From a bacterium (GTDB taxonomy: Bacteria; Patescibacteriota; Minisyncoccia; Portnoybacterales; GWB1-42-6), in assembly GCA_043800535.1 (NCBI GenBank), contig JAZDMV010000009.1:1-37730 (forward strand): a DNA stretch of 37,730 nucleotides, in the 5' to 3' direction. Every line of letters begins with the position of its first letter. The stretch's first letter is position 1. The notes under the pieces were generated by a model that searched no databases, was not told the DNA's origin, and saw only the letters and a program-made list of their open reading frames with translations. This document shows positions 28,056-34,961 of this stretch, one piece after another. Position numbers and translations under genes: made by a program.

Positions 28056-28592
28056 ATGGGTATGCCTGAAAAATTTGAGAAAAATGCAGAGCAGGAGGGC
28101 ATGTCAGAAGCAAAAAGGGAATTATTGCGGTTTGAAATGGACGGGAAATATGTTTTTCACGGTTCACCTTTGAATCTTAATAAATTGGAACCAAGGCAGG
28201 CATTCGATTTTGACAAAGAAAAAGGAGGATTGGCGGAAGATGGAAAACCGGCAGTCTGCGCTACTGATAGGGCGGAAGTCGCTATTGCCAAAGCGATTTT
28301 TTGGCAACGTCCGGAGTTCGCTGGCATTTTTCATTGGTTATGGGGGTACGAAGTTAACGAGAAAGGAGAAAAATCTATTGTTTTTGAAGCTTCACGAAAT
28401 ACGTTAGAACAGCTGAAGGCAATCAAAGATAAGCTTAGAGGGTATATTCATGTTTTTTCTAAAAGCGGATTTGAACAATACAGGAATGATGAGTGGAGAA
28501 CCTATAAAGAAGTTAATCCAGAAAAAGTCATTGAGGTTAGATTTGAGGACTTGCCCGACATAAAAATTATTGAAGATGAAAAACCTGATTAA
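28056..28592 (+). CDS. Hypothetical protein (FHGS..LEPRQ motif); start after the repeat
   Basis: Coding-like ORF between femABX and murE; the track's first 19 aa are repeat-derived. Confidence 0.75.
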   Translation: MGMPEKFEKNAEQEGMSEAKRELLRFEMDGKYVFHGSPLNLNKLEPRQAFDFDKEKGGLAEDGKPAVCATDRAEVAIAKAIFWQRPEFAGIFHWLWGYEVNEKGEKSIVFEASRNTLEQLKAIKDKLRGYIHVFSKSGFEQYRNDEWRTYKEVNPEKVIEVRFEDLPDIKIIEDEKPD

Positions 28593-29988
28593 AAAATTCA
28601 TCCCAGATTTTATTTTATACTGGTACCATTGGAAAATGGCGGTTTTGGGTGCGTTGATTTATGGTTTTCCGAGCAAAAAATTGATTGTCATTGGTGTGAC
28701 AGGGACAAAAGGCAAAACAACTACTTGCAATTTAATAGCCCAGATTTTAAACGGGGCAGGGCTAAAAACCGGCATGGCGACAACCGTCAATTTCAGAATC
28801 GGCGAAAAGGAATGGGTAAACGAATCAAAGATGACCATGCTGGGCCGGTTTGGATTGCAGAAACTTTTGCGGCAGATGGTTCGCGAAGGATGTAAGTATG
28901 CGGTGATTGAAACTTCTTCGGAAGGCATTTTGCAGCATAGGCATCGGTTTATTGATTATTCTGTCGCGGTTTTTACGAATTTGTCGCCGGAGCATATTGA
29001 GCGGCACGGCAGTTTTGAAAAATATCGGGAGGCAAAATTAAAATTGTTTGAGGCGGTGGCAAGGAAAAAGAACGGAACGGGGGTATACAATTTGGACGAT
29101 GAGAATGCGGGGCATTTTTTGGAAATTCCTGTTGCGAAAAGATATGGGTATTCTTTAAATCTCCCCCAGCCCCTCCTAAAGGAGGGGGGCTCCCTCCCTT
29201 TAGGGAGGGTTAGGGAGGATTTTAGACAATTTCAAATTTCAAATATTAAATTATCCCCCAGCAAAACAGAATTTGATTTTGATAATGCGCACTTTGAAAT
29301 GCCGTTGATTGGCGAGTTTAATGTTTTTAACGTGGCGGCCGCGATTTGTGTCGGAGTTTCGCAGGGAATAGACCCCAACAAAATCAAAGAGATTTTAAAA
29401 AACGTTAAGTCCACGCCAGGCCGCCTTGAAGTTGTTGATTGTGGTCAGCCGTTTACTGTCATAGTTGATTACGCGCACGAGCCGGCTTCGCTGGAAGCGG
29501 TTTATAAGGCAATCAAAGTTTTTAATCCGCGAAAGATAATCGCGGTTTTGGGGGCGCAGGGAGGTGGAAGAGACAAGCGCAAACGTCCGGAATTGGGGAG
29601 GATAGCGGGGGAGTATGCGGATACGATAATAGTCACGAATGAGGATCCATACGATGAAAGTCCGGAGCAGATAATTGAGGATGTGGCGGCAGGGGTCGCT
29701 CCTCCGTGTCATCCCGGGCTTGACCCGGGATCCAGATGTCGTCCCTGCGAAAGCAGGGATCAAAACCTGGATTCCCGCTTCCGCGGGGATGACAGAAAGT
29801 GTGAGATTTTTAAGATTGTTGACAGAAAAGAAGCGATAAAAAAGGCGTTAAGTTTGGCTGAGACGGGGGATGTGGTGATTTTGACAGGCAAAGGAGGAGA
29901 GGTTTGGATGTGTGTTGAAAATGGCAAGAAAATCCCCTGGAATGAGCGCAAAATTGTTGAGGAAGAGCTAGCAAAACTTCGTCCTTGA
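28570..29988 (+). CDS. murE: UDP-N-acetylmuramyl-tripeptide synthetase (MurE-type ligase) with two repeat insertions
   Basis: GVTGTKGKTTT, ETSSEG, FTNLSPEH, GEFNVFN, PGRLE, VDYAHEP, RDKRKRP, TNEDP, GKG. Confidence 0.93.
   Translation: MKMKNLIKKFIPDFILYWYHWKMAVLGALIYGFPSKKLIVIGVTGTKGKTTTCNLIAQILNGAGLKTGMATTVNFRIGEKEWVNESKMTMLGRFGLQKLLRQMVREGCKYAVIETSSEGILQHRHRFIDYSVAVFTNLSPEHIERHGSFEKYREAKLKLFEAVARKKNGTGVYNLDDENAGHFLEIPVAKRYGYSLNLPQPLLKEGGSLPLGRVREDFRQFQISNIKLSPSKTEFDFDNAHFEMPLIGEFNVFNVAAAICVGVSQGIDPNKIKEILKNVKSTPGRLEVVDCGQPFTVIVDYAHEPASLEAVYKAIKVFNPRKIIAVLGAQGGGRDKRKRPELGRIAGEYADTIIVTNEDPYDESPEQIIEDVAAGVAPPCHPGLDPGSRCRPCESRDQNLDSRFRGDDRKCEIFKIVDRKEAIKKALSLAETGDVVILTGKGGEVWMCVENGKKIPWNERKIVEEELAKLRP
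29157..29222. repeat. C/G-run element in frame inside murE
   Basis: aaatctcccccagcccctcctaaaggagggg...cctccctttagggagggttagggaggattt; first 19 bp identical to the polA copy. Confidence 0.88.
29707..29794. repeat. TGTCAT-family element in frame inside murE
   Basis: First ~30 bp identical to intergenic 26800; encodes CHPGLDPGSRCRPCESRDQNLDSRFRGDD. Confidence 0.92.
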
Positions 29989-30013
29989 CTTTGGTCTTTG
30001 GATATGTTATCAT
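29985..30013 (+). promoter_or_regulatory. Candidate sigma70 promoter for the Zn-finger genes
   Basis: TTGACT-17 bp-TATCAT with extended TG. Confidence 0.6.
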
Positions 30014-30061
30014 TTTGACAATCAAATAAGCCAAAAATTTCCTCATAAAAGGAGGGGGATT

Positions 30062-30307
30062 ATGAATAATGTGGAGCCGAGGGTGGTTAAAGGAAATCTG
30101 GTTGACATAGCGAAGTTCAGGGAGTGGAAAGAAAGGCGTCAGAAGAAGGTAATCCAGATAAGGAAAGGAAAGGCGGTTGACACTTTTGCGTCTCCTGTCA
30201 TTGACCGCCGCAGGAAGACCTGCTGGAATTGCAGAACTGTTCTGGAAGAGAACGAGAAGATCTGTCCGAATTGCAATCGTTTTGTGGCAGGGGACTTCAG
30301 CCCTTAA
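30062..30307 (+). CDS. Small zinc-ribbon protein
   Basis: CWNC-x10-CPNC; AAGGAGG SD. Confidence 0.78.
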   Translation: MNNVEPRVVKGNLVDIAKFREWKERRQKKVIQIRKGKAVDTFASPVIDRRRKTCWNCRTVLEENEKICPNCNRFVAGDFSP

Positions 30308-30364
30308 TAGTTTTTTCAAAATTCAGATTTTATATGATTTTTAAACACGAAAGGAGAGTGGCAA

Positions 30365-30577
30365 ATGAGCGTCACGATGGACAAGGGCAAAGAGCTTCTG
30401 GTTTGTGTCCCCTGCGGGGCGGCAATTGTTATCGAGTCTGCCGCGAATAAGGCGCCAAAGTGGGAAAGCAATCTTGCTTCTCATGAGGAACTGGTTGAGG
30501 TCAATAACCAGGATGACTTCAGTGCGTTCACGCTGACGCACAAGAGCCATAACGTCATAACCGCCCGACTGGGGTAA
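30365..30577 (+). CDS. Small putative C2H2-type zinc-binding protein
   Basis: CVPC...HKSH; GAAAGGAG SD; terminator follows. Confidence 0.72.
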   Translation: MSVTMDKGKELLVCVPCGAAIVIESAANKAPKWESNLASHEELVEVNNQDDFSAFTLTHKSHNVITARLG

Positions 30578-30587
30578 AAACAGCATG

Positions 30588-30625
30588 AAGGTCAGAAACC
30601 AAAATTCGGTTTCTGACCTTTTTTT
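30588..30625 (+). terminator. Terminator of the Zn-finger pair
   Basis: aaggtcagaaacc-loop-ggtttctgacctt-ttttt. Confidence 0.85.
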
Positions 30626-30627
30626 CA

Positions 30628-30664
30628 TAAAAAAGCCCCTGCTCGTTTTTAGGCGAACAGGGGT
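30628..30664 (-). terminator. Terminator of the nuclease-primase gene
   Basis: Minus strand cccctgttcg-loop-cgagcagggg-cttttt. Confidence 0.78.
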
Positions 30665-30704
30665 AATTTGTTTCAGAAGGTACAATTGTCAGATAAGTGC
30701 GGCT

Positions 30705-33599
30705 TTATCTGCGGTTCTGCTTTTTCCACCCGATCCATGTTTCATTGAAATCCTTTGCCATATCTGGGTGTTCAGCCATGAACTGGGCAGTGAAATCTCT
30801 GACCGCAAGGCCGCGGCGAGTCAGATTTTGAGTCAGGCGTTTTGTTGCTTCCTGGCCTGGACGCATTTCTGTCCCGGGTTTTGGCGGGTCATTGTTCAGA
30901 GCAATGGCCACGCTTTTTTGGGCGTTGGCAATAGTTTCAATGAGCAGAGAATTATCTATGCCGATTATTGCCATTGATGAAGGATAGCCCATCTGAATTA
31001 AAGTCAATGCTTCCATTACTGCTTCGGCCACTATTACTTCTTCGTGCTCGGAATAGAGAACGTCAGCATTGAAAGCGCCGTGAGGGACATTTGTTCTTTG
31101 GGTCGAGAGTTTGTAGTGACGGAATTCTTTGTCACAGGCATAAGTGGCTCGGCCATAGAAACTGGTTGTCATATTTGTGAGCACCAAAGGAAAAGTCACG
31201 CGGTCTCGCAATGTCGAATAAGGATAGCCAAATTGTTTCTGCATTTTTTTTCTCTCTTCCCGCGAAAGCAGCATGACATCAATTTCCCGGCGTATCTGAT
31301 TTTCGTCAAGCCCGCGTCTTTTAAGAAGCGGCCCAAGACCTCTGCCAGACGTGATGTTTTCAGAAACACCCACAAAGCCATAGAAGATCAGATCGTCCAG
31401 AGAATAGCCGCTGTCAAGCATTTCGTTGATGAAGCGGTCGTTGCCAAATCCGGCACCATATTTGAATGCCAGCTCTGGGTCCAGATATCTTTCTTTGCTG
31501 ATATACTGCTCTGCTTTGCTGCTTTTAAATTGGGCACGCAGAATTTCCTGGGCCGATGACATTATCCGGCTGTGTTCGGCAGGGATGACAATTTCACTTG
31601 TGGCTTGGCCGCTCCATTTTTCCGCTTTTTCAAGATCAAACGAAGCAGGAATTTGCAGTTCTCCCAGCAGATCTTTTGGGATAGACCTTGAATCTATCTG
31701 GCCGTGTATCCCGCAAGCAAAGCACTTGAAACCGCCTTTATAGAACGAGTTGGCGGCTGGATCAAAACGAGGCATCCAGATGTAAAGAGTAGGATGGATA
31801 TCGGCGTGGTATTTGGGATGTTCTGGAGGGACTAAACTATAGACGCAGCGGATGAAACCGCCTTTGGCCCTGATGCCTTTGGTTGGCATTTGGCCCTGTT
31901 CAATCGCGGCAAAAAGCCTATCAAGATGCATGATATATTTTTCTTCACCGTCTCGCTTAGATACGATTTCTTCAACGATTTTGAGTGGGTCAAGAAACTT
32001 TCTCTCTTTTTCAAGGGGCGTGAATTCTTTGTCATACAGCGCCAATGTTTTTGCCGGGACCAAGGAGCCGGCTTGGGTTATTTGATCTTGGATCATTTCG
32101 TCTATGGTTTTTTCGCGCTCGGATTTGTGTCCAGAAATGATCTTTTTGGCCGACACTTCAGGGAACAACGATGTCTGGCCATTTTTGTCATGTCCGTTCT
32201 TGCCGTTTTTGCCATTTTGGCTGGTTTGAACGGGCTGGTTCTTTGACACTTTTTTGTTCTCCAGCCGGCGGATAATGTGTCTGACAATACCGTTGGTCAG
32301 TTTTCTCATGGTGGCGCGTCTTTCCGCCTCGTCGAGCTTATTAAGGACCTGTGAAGCATAGGCGCGTTGTTTGTCGGACTGGCCAAGCGCTACCTGGTGT
32401 AAAAACGGGGAAGAAGTCGGCAGCAGATATGTCAGTTCGCCGCAGTTGAATCCGGACCAAAAATCCGGGCATCTGTTGGGCTCGGCCAACTTATTGCCAA
32501 AAGAGCAGAAGACAAGGTATCTTGCCAGTTGTTCTATATGCTTTTTTTGCGGCAGATCCTGAGCCAGAAGGAGATTATTTTTCCCGCCGCAATCGCCGAC
32601 AAAGAATTTCCAATCGCTGACGTTTAGCCCAAAATCTTTGCTGCCCAACACAAGCTCTATGTTCTTTAAAAGCTGAGGAAGAGAACCGGATCGGTATTTG
32701 GCCAGTTCGCGAAGAGATCTCTTCTGTTTTTTTGATGGTGGTCTGCCGTTTATGTCGGTCACTTCAACAGCATCAAGCCGTCCGCCGTGGATATCATCGC
32801 CATAGCGCAAAACAGGAATTTCGGGAAAAATAATCCTTGGGGCGGTTTTGCGAAAATGCGTGACAGCGGCCGCCCAGGTTAAGATGCTTAGGCTGATAAA
32901 TTCCCGGTCTGCTGGGTTGTTATATCTGAGCAGTCTTTGCGTGTGATTTCCAAGAAGCGGGGATAGAAGCAGAAACAGGTCGTCTATTATCCTCTTGCAT
33001 CCCCAGTACCAATCGGGCCATAGGGAATTATTTTTTTCAATGATCTCCAGAGCCCTTAGCCATTTTTTTTCAATCCTTCTGCCGTCGATAAAATCGCTTG
33101 TGATTGCTTCCTGTCCGCTTAAAAACGCAGTTTTGAAAGGACCATTGAAAAGAGATAATTGTTTTTCAGTGAAGTCGAAACTTAACTGCATCAGTTGGCC
33201 GGGTGTTGTTTTGGGCAGATGTTTCAGGGGTTTGAATATTTCTCCCATAACCAGGCGTGGCATGATCGAATGACCGATCTGGCCGCAAATAAAATTTACG
33301 TTCTTTTCCGTTTTTTGTTTCAGCGCTTTTCTGAGCTCGGCCATTTTGCCTTTTGCTACCTTGTCTGACTTAAAATCAGCGCAGGCAAGCTTCAGGTCCG
33401 CCAGGTCTTGCTCTTCGCTTAACTCCTGAAGAAAATTCAATGCTTTTTGGGGATCGGCGTATTCTTTGTCCGCTATGCCCAAAGCTTCAATAATTAGTTT
33501 CAAAAACCCGTCTTTCTGCATTTCCAAAACCCAATCCTGAAATTCAGGAGAAGGGTCTTGGGGTGCGGCAGGATCATCTATCAGAATCCCGTTTTTCAT
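30705..33599 (-). CDS. PD-(D/E)xK nuclease / beta-clamp-motif / DnaG-like Zn-finger-TOPRIM fusion protein
   Basis: E260, GRLD276, D329-W-K331, Q357xxxY361; QLSFDF, QLSLF, QTSLF; C585..H598..C626xxC629; RDRVTFPL..FYGRA; VIVAEAVME, ALNND, KDFNE; AAGGAGG SD. Confidence 0.8.
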   Translation of the reverse strand: MKNGILIDDPAAPQDPSPEFQDWVLEMQKDGFLKLIIEALGIADKEYADPQKALNFLQELSEEQDLADLKLACADFKSDKVAKGKMAELRKALKQKTEKNVNFICGQIGHSIMPRLVMGEIFKPLKHLPKTTPGQLMQLSFDFTEKQLSLFNGPFKTAFLSGQEAITSDFIDGRRIEKKWLRALEIIEKNNSLWPDWYWGCKRIIDDLFLLLSPLLGNHTQRLLRYNNPADREFISLSILTWAAAVTHFRKTAPRIIFPEIPVLRYGDDIHGGRLDAVEVTDINGRPPSKKQKRSLRELAKYRSGSLPQLLKNIELVLGSKDFGLNVSDWKFFVGDCGGKNNLLLAQDLPQKKHIEQLARYLVFCSFGNKLAEPNRCPDFWSGFNCGELTYLLPTSSPFLHQVALGQSDKQRAYASQVLNKLDEAERRATMRKLTNGIVRHIIRRLENKKVSKNQPVQTSQNGKNGKNGHDKNGQTSLFPEVSAKKIISGHKSEREKTIDEMIQDQITQAGSLVPAKTLALYDKEFTPLEKERKFLDPLKIVEEIVSKRDGEEKYIMHLDRLFAAIEQGQMPTKGIRAKGGFIRCVYSLVPPEHPKYHADIHPTLYIWMPRFDPAANSFYKGGFKCFACGIHGQIDSRSIPKDLLGELQIPASFDLEKAEKWSGQATSEIVIPAEHSRIMSSAQEILRAQFKSSKAEQYISKERYLDPELAFKYGAGFGNDRFINEMLDSGYSLDDLIFYGFVGVSENITSGRGLGPLLKRRGLDENQIRREIDVMLLSREERKKMQKQFGYPYSTLRDRVTFPLVLTNMTTSFYGRATYACDKEFRHYKLSTQRTNVPHGAFNADVLYSEHEEVIVAEAVMEALTLIQMGYPSSMAIIGIDNSLLIETIANAQKSVAIALNNDPPKPGTEMRPGQEATKRLTQNLTRRGLAVRDFTAQFMAEHPDMAKDFNETWIGWKKQNRR

Positions 33600-33614
33600 A
33601 TTCCCTCCTCCTTT

Positions 33615-33654
33615 GCCCTGCCATAGCCCCGCACTTTGCGGGACGACGGCGGGC
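33615..33654. repeat. gcccgcc-type palindrome directly upstream of the nuclease-primase SD
   Basis: gccctgccatagccccgcactttgcgggacgacggcgggc; resembles 37260-37319. Confidence 0.6.
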
Positions 33655-33773
33655 TTTCTTTGGATTCGTTAAGTTTCTTTGAAGCCGATTTTTTGTGTTT
33701 TAAAAGGACAAGCCGTTTTGCCGTCCTCCTGTCTATATAATAGATTGGTCAGTAAATTTGTGCCAATAAGGAT

Positions 33774-33782
33774 TGTGGATAA
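33774..33782 (-). promoter_or_regulatory. Perfect DnaA box upstream of the nuclease-primase gene
   Basis: TTATCCACA on the minus strand, just upstream of TTGGCA-18-TATTAT. Confidence 0.5.
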
Positions 33783-33802
33783 CAAGCACAAAACGCGGGG
33801 AT

Positions 33803-33834
33803 AAAAAATCCCCTGACCCGGTTAGGTCAGGGGA
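33803..33834 (-). terminator. Terminator after the Ku-like gene
   Basis: Minus strand tcccctgacc-taaccg-ggtcagggga-tttttt. Confidence 0.82.
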
Positions 33835-33848
33835 GGTAGATCCGGTTT

Positions 33849-34661
33849 CTATCTTTTCAAGGAACGGGCGACAGCCGCGTTGATGATGGCTTTTATCTTC
33901 GCGCGGCGGGGACTAACGCATCGCTCGGGATCAAGGGGCTTGGCATTTTTCATTGTATCGGCCATGGGTTGCGCCAGACGCTTGAAATCCGGCACGGCGG
34001 CTATAGGGGTAAAATCAGGAAATTCGGCCGGGTCGCGGAGACGATCTGTGTCATTTAATATATCCACGACTAGACACAGCCGTTTTTGCCCGAAGATAAC
34101 AGCGGGAATCTCAAGAGGCCTTATCACCGCGACATTGGGAACCCGTTTTATGACAATGAGCGGGATAAAACCTAGAGAATTGCTGTCGCGGAGCAGGTGA
34201 AAGATGTTAAAGTATGAGTCAACCGAGGCGGGTTTGGGATAGACATGGAGGCGCCGGCTGAAACCGATGGTTTCCAGGGTCGGGTCATTATCAGGGATAA
34301 ATTGGGAAAATACGCGTTTGGTCGGCTCAAACTTTAAGCTCGCAATTTCCGCATCTGTAATCTGCACGACCCCAGAAGCCATATCAATCCCGCAGCCGAT
34401 CTCGTCAGTTTTGAGCGGCCTTTGGCATTTCGGACAGAAGATCTGTTCGCGGACGCAGACCGCTTCTGTGTCTTTCTCTTCTTGGGCTTCCGCTCCCGCC
34501 TCTTTTGTCTTAGGCGGCGTCAGGACCGTGTGGCATCCAAAGTGTACTTCAACAATTGGCAAGGGTTTGACCCTGCCAATCGCCGGAGTGAGGCGGCAGT
34601 CAAGTTCAAATGGATCGACTGCTATCACTCCCGTCCATTCGGCTTTTATTTTTGTAGCCAT
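33849..34661 (-). CDS. Divergent Ku (DNA end-binding) homologue, 270 aa (start MATKIK)
   Basis: WTGVIAV, VREQIFCPKCQRPL..DEIGCG, VQITDAEIASL..EPTK, YP, AVIRP, LDPERCVSPRRAKIKAII line up with the prokaryotic Ku consensus (W.G.I, DEIVKGY, ITDEE, FDP..Y.D.Y..L..LI); AGAAAGGAGGT SD. Confidence 0.8.
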   Translation of the reverse strand: MATKIKAEWTGVIAVDPFELDCRLTPAIGRVKPLPIVEVHFGCHTVLTPPKTKEAGAEAQEEKDTEAVCVREQIFCPKCQRPLKTDEIGCGIDMASGVVQITDAEIASLKFEPTKRVFSQFIPDNDPTLETIGFSRRLHVYPKPASVDSYFNIFHLLRDSNSLGFIPLIVIKRVPNVAVIRPLEIPAVIFGQKRLCLVVDILNDTDRLRDPAEFPDFTPIAAVPDFKRLAQPMADTMKNAKPLDPERCVSPRRAKIKAIINAAVARSLKR

Positions 34662-34806
34662 GTTCTGTACCTCCTTTCTGCTATAACCGTTCGTTGTATT
34701 GTGAAAGGGCAAATGCTCAGTTCTGATAAAATACCACGAAGAAAGCTATTTGTAAAGGTAATTGAGAATTTCTTTTTGAGCGCCTAAAATGATATAATAA
34801 AATAGC

Positions 34807-34959
34807 ATGAAAGGATATTCGTCAGCGCGGGCAGGAAAGGGCAAGACGGCTTATCGGACGCCGAGCGGCTTTAAGTATCGGTATTTCCGTGAGGTCCAAA
34901 AAAGGAAAATTAACGAGACAAATAACCGCAAATACGCGGTTAAAGCAAAAGGAATATAA
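34807..34959 (+). CDS. 50-aa highly basic small protein (not in ORF track)
   Basis: MKGYSSARAGKGKTAYRTPSGFKYRYFREVQKRKINETNNRKYAVKAKGI*; TGaTATAAT 8 nt upstream; stop is 2 nt before the next ATG. Confidence 0.62.
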   Translation: MKGYSSARAGKGKTAYRTPSGFKYRYFREVQKRKINETNNRKYAVKAKGI

Positions 34960-34961
34960 AT

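Noticed and set aside
29810-31559. Overlapping ORFs 29810-30319, 30341-30685, 30585-30977, 31044-31559
   Set aside because: They lie antisense to or across better-supported genes and terminators, and have no SD or motifs
30062-34661. Prophage or plasmid remnant
   Set aside because: No integrase, structural or helicase genes and no flanking att repeats seen; a mobile origin is not excluded but cannot be supported here
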